Positions 53,515 through 62,365 of a stretch of 64,000 nt of DNA are shown here, piece after piece. Under the pieces are notes generated by a model. That model was not told where the DNA came from, did not search any database, and saw only the letters and a list, made by a program, of their open reading frames with translations. Each line of letters starts with the position of its first letter. The stretch's first letter is position 1. The position numbers were made by a program, and so were the translations under genes. The DNA is from Kiritimatiellia bacterium (lineage in GTDB: Bacteria > Verrucomicrobiota > Kiritimatiellia > CAIQIC01 > Lenti-01). The stretch spans positions 1,216 through 65,215 of the forward strand of contig JAFYAC010000084.1 of NCBI GenBank assembly GCA_017540905.1. The letters are read 5' to 3'.

Positions 53515-55089
53515 TCATTCCACCACGGTGATGCGCGTGAACTTGCCGGTCTTCAGCTGCGCCTTGCCCTCGTACTCGCCCTCGCGCGCCCCTTCCACGC
53601 GCACCGTCATCCCCTCCGCCAGCTCCGGCAGCCCCGGAACGCTGTCGTTCCAGATCACCAGGTCCAGCTCCGCGTCCCCCTCCTTGAACGCGTACGCCAC
53701 GCCCTTGCCCGCCAGGTCGCGCGGCGCGCCGAGCACGCCCGTGCGGCCCGCGGCGGCGGGGGCTTTCTTCGCGGCGGCCTTGCGCGCGGGGGCGGGGGCC
53801 TTGCCGACCTTGACCCACTTCGCGGCATCCTGGAGCAGGATCGACGCCTTGCCGTTCCAGGCGTCCACGACGCCCTCGACCGTCACCGAATCCCCCTTCG
53901 CGGGCGCGGCGGCGAGCTCCGCGGCGACATCGTCGAAATACTTCACGTAGATCGAGCCGCCCGCCTCGTCCTTCACGATCACGCTCACCGGCTGGTTCCC
54001 CTTTTTCTCGCCCACGAACACCACCGCGCCGGCGATCTTGACCTTCTGCCCCTTGCGGTCCGCCGTCACCGACGCGATCGGCTCCACCTCCGCCGACACC
54101 AACCGCCCGCGCGAGAAATCACGCTTGGGCGCCGGGGCCGCCGCGGGTTCGGCGGCTTCCGCGGGCTTCACCTTCTTCTCCGCGACTTTCGCGGCCACCT
54201 TCTCCGCCGCCTTCTCCGCCGCCTTCTCCGCCGGCGAGAGATACGGACCCGGAATCTCCGGCGCTTCCGGCAGGATCTCCAGATCCTTGCCCGAGCCGAG
54301 CTTCAGCTGCACCTGGTTCTGGTATTTGCCCACGTCCACGCGCGCGCGGACCCAGGTCCCCGAGCGCTCCAGCTCCGCCGGGTTCGCCAACTGCGCGTAC
54401 TCCGCGGGCCAGAACGACACCTCCGTCTCGCCCGTCCCGTCCGAGAGCGTCAACTTCCACGGCTGGTTCGTGTTCTCCGCCGGGGGCTTGAGGGCGACCG
54501 TCTGGCCGACGATCGTCACCGTCTTGCCCGAGAACTTCACGTCCAGGTCCCCGATGCGCACCGCGTCCGCCGGGGCCCGTTCCAGCACGAACGTCTTCAT
54601 CCCGCTGAGCTTCAGGTTCGACTTGTCGTCCGAGATGTTCAGCTGCGCGTCGAACGCGATCTTGTCGCCGGCCTTCGGCACCAGATTCCGCTCCTTGAGC
54701 GCCTCCATCTGGCGTTCCGTGATGAACACCACCATCCGGCCCGTCCCGTCGTCCACATTGAAGCTCATCCCGCGGCCCGACTTGAACGGCCGCGCATCCG
54801 TCGCCACCGTCCCCTCCACGCGGACCAGGCCGAAGTTCCACGTCGGCTCGATCTTGCCCAGCTGCACCACCGGGATTTCGCGGTTCTTGGCCATCAAGTA
54901 GAGGAGGAAGAGCCCCACCGTCGCCAGCAGCACCGCGGCCCAGCGCGTGGCGGTCAAACTCATCCGTTTCGAGACCTTGGCCCCGCAGTAGGGGCATTTG
55001 GTGACGGCGCCGACGAACCTGCCGCACGACGGGCAGTTCATCTCGTCCGATTGCGTCTCGTGACCGGGCAATGCTTCCTTTTTCGACAT
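53515..55089 (-). CDS. Zn-ribbon / single-TM / four tandem OB-fold domain protein
   Basis: MNCPSCGRFVGAVTKCPYCGAKV, TM WAAVLLATVGLFLLYLMA, then four units of the type hVxVxGxV...DxTGxhxVxhW/F (for example LVRVEGTVA...VDDGTGRMVVFI and VTIVGQTVA...LSDGTGETEVSFW). AAGGAG RBS. Confidence 0.65.
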   Translation of the reverse strand: MSKKEALPGHETQSDEMNCPSCGRFVGAVTKCPYCGAKVSKRMSLTATRWAAVLLATVGLFLLYLMAKNREIPVVQLGKIEPTWNFGLVRVEGTVATDARPFKSGRGMSFNVDDGTGRMVVFITERQMEALKERNLVPKAGDKIAFDAQLNISDDKSNLKLSGMKTFVLERAPADAVRIGDLDVKFSGKTVTIVGQTVALKPPAENTNQPWKLTLSDGTGETEVSFWPAEYAQLANPAELERSGTWVRARVDVGKYQNQVQLKLGSGKDLEILPEAPEIPGPYLSPAEKAAEKAAEKVAAKVAEKKVKPAEAAEPAAAPAPKRDFSRGRLVSAEVEPIASVTADRKGQKVKIAGAVVFVGEKKGNQPVSVIVKDEAGGSIYVKYFDDVAAELAAAPAKGDSVTVEGVVDAWNGKASILLQDAAKWVKVGKAPAPARKAAAKKAPAAAGRTGVLGAPRDLAGKGVAYAFKEGDAELDLVIWNDSVPGLPELAEGMTVRVEGAREGEYEGKAQLKTGKFTRITVVE

Positions 55090-55339
55090 GGCGTACTCCT
55101 TGTTCGCTGCCCCGCCGCCGGGGCGACCTTTGGCTTAACGCGGCTTCTTCAGAGTAGCCGCCCCGCCCTCCGCCCGCAACGCCTTTCGCCCCGCGCCGTC
55201 GAAACGTTTTTCCTGCGCGGGCGGGAGGGCATGCCCCGAATGCGGGTCGGACAAAGCTTTTCCCTTGAGGGAGGGGCCTGCGGCGCCAAACACGGAGGGA
55301 ACGGAGGCACGGAGACGCGTCTTTCCGTTCCAGAGCAGG

Positions 55340-55519
55340 AAAACTCCGATTTGTCCGATGACTCCGCTCGGAATGGGAAAAATGTCCATCGTGCGGGCAG
55401 CGACGGAGCTCCCGGGCAAGGGGACGTCCGTCGCTGTCCGCGTTGAGGGATGCCAGGGGGATAGCCATTGGGAAGCTTTGCCGGAGCGTTAGCGCAGGCA
55501 TCGGACAAATCGGAGTTTT
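55340..55519. mobile_element. MITE-like element type 1, short (about 180 bp) copy
   Basis: Ends aaaactccgatttgtccgatg... and ...catcggacaaatcggagtttt. The right 150 bp is near-identical to 63590..63737. Confidence 0.7.
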
Positions 55520-55615
55520 TGTTTTCCTCAAAAATACATCCACAATATTTCCGAAACGGATCCAAAACATGACGAACGCCCCTCCAACGACATCCGATTG
55601 CACGTTCCTGTTTCC

Positions 55616-55641
55616 GGCGGCGAGGGGACTCGCCGCCCTAC
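55616..55641 (-). repeat. REP-like element (GTAGGGCGGCGAGTCCCCTCGCCGCC), inverted orientation
   Basis: ggcggcgaggggactcgccgccctac. The 25-bp flank ccggaa.c.ggaacgtgcaat.ggat is shared with the 47922 copy. Confidence 0.85.
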
Positions 55642-55801
55642 CCTTTGCGCGAACGACGACGCAAGGTTTTCGTCCGGCTGCGTCTTTGGAATGCTTCCGT
55701 CTGTCGGGCCCCGGCGGGCGGGGGCGGAATCCGGGCACCGCCCCTCTCCGAAAACCCGCGTTCCCTTTCCAGGCGGATGGTGCTACACTTGGCCCCATTC
55801 C

Positions 55802-58084
55802 ATGAACGACCGCACCTCCATCCCGCCGCCCGACCCCGACGCGCCGCAGCCGCCGCGCACGGCGCCCGCATTGGCCGAATCCGGCGGGGAGCACCTCGAA
55901 GGGCTCGTCGAGCTCGTCACGTTCCACAGCGTCGAGACGGGCTTCTGCGTGCTCAAGGTCAAGGCGCAGGGGATGCGCGACCAGGTGGCCGTGGTCGGCA
56001 AACTCCCGCGCGTGAACGTCGGCGAGTGGATCAAGGCCGACGGGCGCTGGGTCTTCGACCGCGCGCACGGACGCCAGTTCTCCGCCGACCGCCTGGAGGC
56101 CGTCGTGCCCGACTCGCTCGCCGGCATCGAGAAATTCCTCGGCTCCGGCCTCATCAAGGGCATCGGGCCGGTCTATGCGGGCAAGCTCGTCAAGGCGTTC
56201 GGCAAGGACGTCCTGGACATCATCGAGAACCGCTCCGCCGAGCTCGAGCGCGTGGACGGCATCGGCCCCACCCGCCGCCGCCTCATCAAGGACTCCTGGA
56301 ACGCGCAGAAGAGCATACGCGACATCATGGGCTTCCTCTTCGCGAACGGCGTCGGCACCCAGCGCGCCTTCCGCATCTACAAGCGATACGGCGAAAAGGC
56401 CATCGAGACCATCCGCCTCGACCCCTACTGCCTCGCCCGCGACATCCGCGGCATCGGCTTCAAGACCGCCGACCAGATCGCCCTGCGCCTCGGCGTCCCG
56501 GCCGACTCGCTCCTGCGCGCGCGCGCCGGGCTTTCCCACGTGCTGCTGGAGCTCTCGGACCAGGGGCACTGCGCGTGCCCGCAGCTGCTGCTCCTCGACA
56601 GGGCGGAGGCCATGCTCGCCATACCCGCCGCCCGCCTGGAGGAGGCCCTCCGCCTCGAACTCCAGGCCGGACGCCTCGTCCCCGGCCGCGGCACCGACGG
56701 CGAAACGTGGATCTACCTCGCCCACCTGCACCTGGCCGAACGCGAAGCCGCGGCCCGTCTGGCCGCCATCGCGCAGGGCGCCCACCCCTGCCCCGGGGTC
56801 AAGGTCGACGCCGCCATCGACTGGGTCCAGCGCAAGCACGGCATGGTCCTGGCCGAAGGCCAGCGCGCGGCCTTCGCCGGCGCCTTCCGCCACAAAGTGC
56901 TCGTCATCACCGGCGGGCCCGGCGTCGGCAAGACGACCCTCGTGCGGGCGCTCGTCGAAGTCCTGGCGGCCAAGAAGATGCGCATCCAGCTCTGCGCCCC
57001 CACCGGCCGCGCCGCCAAGCGCATGGCCGAACTCTCCGGGCGCGAAGCCAAGACCATCCACCGCCTCCTCGAATACGACCCCGCCACCAACGGCTTCAAG
57101 CGCGACGCCTCCCGCCCGCTCGCCACCGACGTCCTCGTCGCCGACGAAACCTCCATGCTCGACATCCAGCTCGCCCTCTCCCTCTTCCGCGCCGTGCCGC
57201 CGGGCGCCCTGCTCATCCTGGTGGGCGACATCGACCAGCTGCCCTCCGTCGGGCCCGGACGCGTCCTCGGCGACATCATCGCCTCCGGAACCCTCCCCGT
57301 CTACCGGCTCGACCACGTCTTCCGGCAGGGCGGCGGCTCGGCGATCATCGAGAACGCCCACCGCGTCAACCGCGGCGAGATGCCCCTGCTCCCCGAAAAG
57401 GGCGACGCCGCCGGCCCCACGCCCGCCTCCGACTTCTACTTCGTGCGCGCCGAGACCCCCGAACGCGGCGTCGAGCTCGTCCGCAAGCTCGCGCGCGACT
57501 CCATACCGCGGCGGTTCGGGTTCTCGCCGATGGAGGACATCCAGATCCTGACCCCGATGCAGAAGGGCGAACTCGGCGCGCGCAACCTCAACCTCGTCAT
57601 GCAGACCGCGCTGAACCCGCGCGGCACCGACATCGAGCGGTTCGGCTGGCGCTACCGCACCGGCGACCGCGTCATGCAGACCGAGAACGACTACGACAAG
57701 GACGTCTTCAACGGCGACATCGGCCGCATCGAGCGGGTGGACGCGGAGGAGAGCGAAGTGACGGTCCGCTTCGACGACCGCCGCGTCGTCTACGATTTGC
57801 AGGAGCTCGACGAACTGACGCCGGCCTACGCCGTCACCGTCCACAAGAGCCAGGGCAGCGAGTACCCGTGCGTGATCGTTCCCGTGCACACCCAGCACTA
57901 CGTGATGCTGCAGCGGAACCTCCTCTACACGGCGATCACGCGCGCCAAGAAACTGGTCGTCCTGGTGGGCACCCCGAAAGCCCTCGCCCTTGCGGTCCGC
58001 AGCACCGGCTCCCTCCACCGCTACACCACCCTCGCCCCCCGCCTCCGCGAAGCCTTCGGCCTCGCCCCGCTGCCCCCGGCCTGA
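55802..58084 (+). CDS. recD2: RecD2-type SF1 DNA helicase (ATP-dependent RecD-like helicase)
   Basis: ATG 55802 within ORF 55598..58084. VLVITGGPGVGKTT, LVADETSMLD, ILVGDIDQLPSVGPG, TVHKSQGSEYPCVIV, LLYTAITRAKKLVVLVG. N-terminal OB and HhH modules (GIGPVYAGKLVKAFG). Confidence 0.9.
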   Translation: MNDRTSIPPPDPDAPQPPRTAPALAESGGEHLEGLVELVTFHSVETGFCVLKVKAQGMRDQVAVVGKLPRVNVGEWIKADGRWVFDRAHGRQFSADRLEAVVPDSLAGIEKFLGSGLIKGIGPVYAGKLVKAFGKDVLDIIENRSAELERVDGIGPTRRRLIKDSWNAQKSIRDIMGFLFANGVGTQRAFRIYKRYGEKAIETIRLDPYCLARDIRGIGFKTADQIALRLGVPADSLLRARAGLSHVLLELSDQGHCACPQLLLLDRAEAMLAIPAARLEEALRLELQAGRLVPGRGTDGETWIYLAHLHLAEREAAARLAAIAQGAHPCPGVKVDAAIDWVQRKHGMVLAEGQRAAFAGAFRHKVLVITGGPGVGKTTLVRALVEVLAAKKMRIQLCAPTGRAAKRMAELSGREAKTIHRLLEYDPATNGFKRDASRPLATDVLVADETSMLDIQLALSLFRAVPPGALLILVGDIDQLPSVGPGRVLGDIIASGTLPVYRLDHVFRQGGGSAIIENAHRVNRGEMPLLPEKGDAAGPTPASDFYFVRAETPERGVELVRKLARDSIPRRFGFSPMEDIQILTPMQKGELGARNLNLVMQTALNPRGTDIERFGWRYRTGDRVMQTENDYDKDVFNGDIGRIERVDAEESEVTVRFDDRRVVYDLQELDELTPAYAVTVHKSQGSEYPCVIVPVHTQHYVMLQRNLLYTAITRAKKLVVLVGTPKALALAVRSTGSLHRYTTLAPRLREAFGLAPLPPA

Positions 58085-58104
58085 CCGCCCGCGCCCCGCG
58101 CCCC

Positions 58105-58980
58105 TCAGAACCGGAACTTCAGCCGCACCAGCGGCAGCGCCCCCGTCTCCACCTCCGCCCCGCCGTCCCCCTGCACCGCGCGCACGGCCCCCTCCAGCCG
58201 CTCCCGGTTGTGCCGGTGCGCCGCGTCGATGCCCCCGTAGATGCTCCCCGTGTACCACGTCAGCTCGAAGAACGTGCTCACCCCGAAGAGCGCCCACTGG
58301 TCCTCCTCCGCCGTCTCCACCATCGCCCAGATGAACAGCCCGTTGAGGATCATCGACCGCACCATGTTCCCCCACTCCCCCGAATACGCGTATCCCAATC
58401 CCGGCACCATCCCCAGCACCCCGCCCACCCACGGACGCTTGTCCCCCCGCGCCGCGTACCCCCGTATCGCCTCCCGCGACGCCTCCGCCTCCCCCGCATC
58501 CGGCAAGGCACCCAGCGCATCCAGCGCCGCATCATAATCCTTCTCCCGCAAATGCGCCGCCGCCTCCCCCCGCGCCGCCGCCGCCCGCCACCCGTCCCCG
58601 TCGTCCCGTCCCTCCGCCTTCCGCCCCAGACTCCCGTAGAAAAACGCCGCCGAGCCCCAATCCTTGTCCGCCTCCGCCTGACTGGCGCGCAGCCACGCCA
58701 GCGGCAGCTCCAGCGCGCGTTCGCGGTCCGCGTCCTCCGCCCGGTCCAGGTACTTCCACGCCCGCTTCCGGTCCCCCGCGCGCGAATACTCCCGCGCCGC
58801 CATCCAGTACCATCCCGCCGCCCGCTCCCCGTCCTCCTCCCCGAGCGCGAGCCGCCGGAACTCCAGCGCCGCCTGCGACCACTGCTTCTCGCCGTCGAGC
58901 TGCAGCGCCAGCGCCGCGTCCTGCCCCGCGACCGCCACGCCGCCCGCCCACACGCAACCGGCAACCAAAAAAGTTTCCAA
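58105..58980 (-). CDS. TPR-like repeat protein with C-terminal two-TM module (start uncertain)
   Basis: C-terminal part of ORF 58105..59487. AGWYWMAAREYSRAGDRKRAWKYLDRA..., then WVGGVLGMVPGLGYAYSGEWGNMVRSMILNGLFIWAMV. There is no in-frame ATG after the palindrome array. TTG 58980 precedes a lipobox-like LVAGC. Confidence 0.5.
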   Translation of the reverse strand: METFLVAGCVWAGGVAVAGQDAALALQLDGEKQWSQAALEFRRLALGEEDGERAAGWYWMAAREYSRAGDRKRAWKYLDRAEDADRERALELPLAWLRASQAEADKDWGSAAFFYGSLGRKAEGRDDGDGWRAAAARGEAAAHLREKDYDAALDALGALPDAGEAEASREAIRGYAARGDKRPWVGGVLGMVPGLGYAYSGEWGNMVRSMILNGLFIWAMVETAEEDQWALFGVSTFFELTWYTGSIYGGIDAAHRHNRERLEGAVRAVQGDGGAEVETGALPLVRLKFRF

Positions 58981-59097
58981 TGATTGGAAAACTTTTTTCC
59001 AATGGTTGGAAAACTTTTTTCCAATGGTTGGAAAACTTTCCGTTTTTTTCCAATGATTGGAAAAAATTTCTGCGATTTTTCCAATGATTGGAAAAAA
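58974..59097. repeat. Array of 5 palindromes TTTCCAATG(A/G)TTGGAAA (centre spacing about 22.5, 22, 28.5 and 31 bp)
   Basis: Read directly from the sequence. Abuts or overlaps the 5' end of the TPR-like gene and appears in the track as repeated FSNHWKK/FPIIGK. Confidence 0.9.
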
Positions 59098-59474
59098 TTT
59101 TTTCCACCGCGGCATGCAGGAACGCAGGGCCGGCGATGATGCGCGACCGGACCGCGCGCAAGCATCCGCCCCCCTCCGAGAGGGGGGTGGCGCTTCAGCG
59201 CCGGGGGGAGTACTGCGCGTTGCCGTCGCGCGAACCGGCCGCTTTCTTGGCAACGGAAGAGCTTGTCCTCCATGCGGTTCGCACCCTGCACGGCTTGCCG
59301 CTACGGCCACCCGCAGTACTCCCCCCGTCGCGGCCCCTTGCGCCGGGCATGCATCCACCTTGCGCCCATCATGCACGGCCGCGCCACCCCCCTCTCGGAG
59401 GGGGGCGTGTCCCGTCGCCCGCCTTGCATCCACCGGACACGGGGCCATCTCCCAGACAGTGCATTCCATATCCG

Positions 59475-60359
59475 TCACTCCATCCATGAATCATGCTCCT
59501 CCACGGGGTCCGCGATGCGGATCGAACCATCCGGGCGCTCCACCGTCCGCTTCTCCTCGTGCACCACCATCGGCTCGCGGATGAGCCGGTCGGCGCCCAT
59601 CGGGATGCCGAGCAGGCCGTGCTTGCGCGACGCCTGAAGGAAATACTCCGAGCAACTCGGCGATAGCGAACAGCGGCTACCGAGCGCCGGCGAAATCGCC
59701 TTGCGGTAGAACCCCACCACCGCCCGCCCCGGCCACGACCCGATTCCTCCCGACGCCCCGTGCCCGCGCCGCTTCATCCCGTTCGTGCGCGGATTGCTCT
59801 CCCGCCACACCGCCGACGGCCACGAATCCCGGCACGCCTCCACCGCCATCGCCAGGTCCGGACGCGCCCCGCGCAGCGCACCGTCCGCCTTCAGGTAGAA
59901 ATGCATCAGGCAGGCCGCCCGCGAAAACAACTCCGGCTCCCGCAGATGCAAAAACGCGTATTCCAGCGCCTCCGCCGTCCGGGCGTCCGCGTGCCGCCCG
60001 TCCCACGCCGCCCGCGCCGTTTCGTACGCCGCCAGCGGACGCAGCGCCTCCGGCTCCGTCCCCTCCGACCGCCACAACCCGTCCAGCCGCTCCACCGCCG
60101 CCCCGTACGCCTCCGACCCCCATGCCGCCGTCCCCACCCCCGCCATCGCCTCCAGGAAGGCAATCCGGTCCCGCGCCCCCGCCCCCTCCTCCGCCTCCGC
60201 CCGCCGGCACTCCACCCCCAGCGCCGCCCAGTCCCCCTCCTCGAACAACTCCTCCGCCAGCCGCATCGACACCCCCTCCCCCCGCGCCGCCACCGCCGCC
60301 GCCAGTAACAGCACCGCCACCCCGTTCGCCCCCCACAAGGCTTTGCGTTCACTTTTCAA
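59475..60359 (-). CDS. YidD-domain protein (membrane protein insertion efficiency factor) fused to an about 200-aa N-terminal secreted helical domain
   Basis: C-terminus VGFYRKAISPALGSRCSLSPSCSEYFLQASRKHGLLGIPMGADRLIRE is the YidD signature. TTG 60359 gives the signal peptide (M)KSERKALWGANGVAVLLLAAAVAARG. The upstream part of track ORF 59475..60542 is implausible. Confidence 0.6.
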   Translation of the reverse strand: MKSERKALWGANGVAVLLLAAAVAARGEGVSMRLAEELFEEGDWAALGVECRRAEAEEGAGARDRIAFLEAMAGVGTAAWGSEAYGAAVERLDGLWRSEGTEPEALRPLAAYETARAAWDGRHADARTAEALEYAFLHLREPELFSRAACLMHFYLKADGALRGARPDLAMAVEACRDSWPSAVWRESNPRTNGMKRRGHGASGGIGSWPGRAVVGFYRKAISPALGSRCSLSPSCSEYFLQASRKHGLLGIPMGADRLIREPMVVHEEKRTVERPDGSIRIADPVEEHDSWME

Positions 60360-60376
60360 GGGACCGCCCCATGCTT

Positions 60377-60661
60377 TCAAGTTTCCACATCGAAGAAGGT
60401 GGCGGCCACAACCCAAACCACGAAAGGGAGAACACCGGCCAAGGCCCCGAGGAGCAGGGCAACCCACTTCGGCAAAAGGGGACGCGGAGCGAGCAGGCGT
60501 GCGACACCCCACAGCACCCCGCCGACAACCAATCCCAAACACGCCGGGACCATGAAAAGCGCGAGATTGTAGCCCGCTGCGTTTCCGAGGTCGTCAACGT
60601 TGTACCAAGGGTTGTTCACCCACACGAGACTGGCGGCAATGCCCTCTGCCACGATGGCCAT
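60377..60661 (-). CDS. Small hydrophobic protein (94 aa, 3 TM), hypothetical
   Basis: ORF 60377..60766 trimmed to MAIVAEGIAASLVWV, because the upstream codons are a hairpin repeat (60723..60746). Confidence 0.35.
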   Translation of the reverse strand: MAIVAEGIAASLVWVNNPWYNVDDLGNAAGYNLALFMVPACLGLVVGGVLWGVARLLAPRPLLPKWVALLLGALAGVLPFVVWVVAATFFDVET

Positions 60662-60889
60662 CGCAAGGCCCACCGCCCCGGCCAGCCGCCGTCCCGCCCC
60701 GGCGGCACGTCGGGCTTTCCTGGGAGGTGCGGCTTTCAGCCGCGCCATTGTGCAAGGGATGTTCATGGTTCCGCCAATCTATGGAACCGCCCCCCGGATG
60801 GCAAGTTTTATGACACCGCCCCCCCCTTGCCCCCCAAAACGCCAAAGCCTATGTGTTTTGCCGTTCCCGCCCCCCGCCGCCCCAGCCCC

Positions 60890-61064
60890 CTGGAGCGGTT
60901 TCAGAAACAGTGTGGCCGCCGTCCATTGTGTCGCCACCTTTTCCACAGCGGACGCGCAGAAGCGCGACCCTCCCCGTGGCGGGCGCCCCGGGAGGGTCGC
61001 GCTTCCGCGCGACCTTGTGGGTGGATCATTTCCGGGAAGCTGCAGAAAATCTCAACCCGCTCCC
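60890..61064 (-). mobile_element. MITE-like element, about 175-bp family, inverted copy
   Basis: The plus strand starts ctggagcggtttcagaaacagtgtgg and ends ctcaacccgctcc. Core ggagggtcgcgcttccgcgcgacc. Confidence 0.65.
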
Positions 61065-61133
61065 CAAAAGCAAACCGCCCATGCCCTGGAAAGGGCACGG
61101 GCGTTGCGAACCAGCCTTGTCGCGGCCGCTTTC

Positions 61134-62216
61134 TCAGCCGTTCTTCTTCTGGAACTCGGCCATGAACGCGACCAGCGCGTCCACCGCCTCGACCGGGCAC
61201 GCGTTGTAGATGCTGGCGCGGATGCCGCCGACGGAGCGGTGGCCCTTCAGGCCGATCATGTTCTGCGCGATGGCTTCCTTGACGAACAGCGCTTCGAGCT
61301 CCTCGCTCGGCAGCCGCCACGTGACGTTCATGTTGGAGCGGAACGACGGGACGGCGGTGCCCTTGTAGAAGCCGCCGGAGCCGTCGATCGCCGCGTAGAG
61401 CTTGGCGGCCTTGGCCTTGTTGATGGCCTCGATGCCGGCGGCGCCGCCCTTGGCGAGCAGCCAGCGGGAGACGAGCATCAGGATGTAGATGCCGAACGTC
61501 GGCGGCGTGTTGTAGAGGGAGTTCTCCTTGGCCTGCGTCCGGTACTGGAGCATCGTCGGCAGCGTCTCGGGGGCGCGTTCGAGCAGGTCCTTGCGGATGA
61601 CGACGAGCGTCACGCCCGACGGCCCGAGGTTCTTCTGCGCGCCGGCGTAGACGAGGCCGAACTTGGTGATGTCGAACGGGCGCGACAGGATGTCGCTGGA
61701 CATGTCGGCGACGAGCGGGGACGGCGTGTCCGGGAAGAACGGCATCTCGGTGCCCGCGATCGTTTCGTTGGAGGTCACGTGCACGTAGGCGGCGTCCTTG
61801 CTGTACGGCAGCGCCGCGAAGTCCGGCATGTTCGTCGGGATTTCCTTGGAGGTGTCGGCGAGGATGTTGACCGTGCCGACCTTCTTGGCTTCCTTGATGG
61901 CCTTGTTCGCCCAGGTGCCGGTGTTGACGTAGTCGGCGGAGCCACCGGCCGGCAGCAGGTTCAGCGGCACCTGCGAGAACTGCAGCGACGCGCCGCCCTG
62001 CAGGAACAGCACCTGGTAGTCGTCGGTCAGGCCCAGCAGCTTGGACATGTTCGCGACGGCTTCCGCGTGGACGGCGTCGTACGCCTTGCCGCGGTGCGAG
62101 TGCTCCATGATGGACATGCCGGTGCCGGCGAAGTCGGTCAGTTCCGCCTTCGCCTGTTCCAGGACTTCCAGCGGAAGGGCCGCCGGGCCGGCGTTGAAAT
62201 TGTAGGCTCTGCTCAT
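61134..62216 (-). CDS. serC: Phosphoserine aminotransferase
   Basis: ORF trimmed to ATG 62216 (MSRAYNFNAGPAALP; AAGGAG upstream). SHRGKAY and YAGAQKNLGPSGVTLVVIR (PLP lysine). Confidence 0.9.
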   Translation of the reverse strand: MSRAYNFNAGPAALPLEVLEQAKAELTDFAGTGMSIMEHSHRGKAYDAVHAEAVANMSKLLGLTDDYQVLFLQGGASLQFSQVPLNLLPAGGSADYVNTGTWANKAIKEAKKVGTVNILADTSKEIPTNMPDFAALPYSKDAAYVHVTSNETIAGTEMPFFPDTPSPLVADMSSDILSRPFDITKFGLVYAGAQKNLGPSGVTLVVIRKDLLERAPETLPTMLQYRTQAKENSLYNTPPTFGIYILMLVSRWLLAKGGAAGIEAINKAKAAKLYAAIDGSGGFYKGTAVPSFRSNMNVTWRLPSEELEALFVKEAIAQNMIGLKGHRSVGGIRASIYNACPVEAVDALVAFMAEFQKKNG

Positions 62217-62365
62217 TGTGTTCTCCTTGTTTGTGTGTTTCTTCGCATTCTGCCCCCGCGCCGCCGGAAATGCAACCCGCTTTCGTCCGCTTCCGGTAAA
62301 ACGTCTCGACAAGGCCCGCTCCCTCCGTTATGGTTCCCGGAGACAAATCAAGGAGGATTTTCAAA

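Noticed and set aside
55090-55801. Functional link between recD2 and the divergent OB-fold/DUF112/YdjM operon through a shared regulatory region
   Set aside because: The 700-bp spacer is occupied by a MITE copy, a REP and hairpin modules, not by an obvious shared promoter or operator. The adjacency may be fortuitous. It is kept only as a remark inside the operon finding.
54119-58432. Very long R/G/A/P-rich ORFs: 54119..58432(-), 55645..58983(+), 33702..36578(+), 33760..36501(-), 48322..50586(+), 26150..29392(-) N-terminal part, 8749..12651(-), 1308..4259(+), 14426..16816(+), 18662..21319(+), 27328..30528(+) and many shorter ones
   Set aside because: Their composition is dominated by Arg, Pro, Gly and Ala, with no recognisable motifs. 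Each overlaps a well-supported gene in another frame or on the other strand (recD2, valS, the chaperone/effector pair, kinases, glycosyltransferases). I treat them as shadow ORFs.
58974-59112. Reading the palindrome array as a coding FSNHWKK peptide repeat, giving a 55-aa N-terminal extension from ATG about 59112 onto the TPR-like protein
   Set aside because: The same DNA palindromes occur in clearly non-coding positions and in both orientations at two other loci. The encoded segment has no signal-peptide character before the LVAGC lipobox. The open frame is better explained by the AT-rich palindrome lacking stops in that frame.
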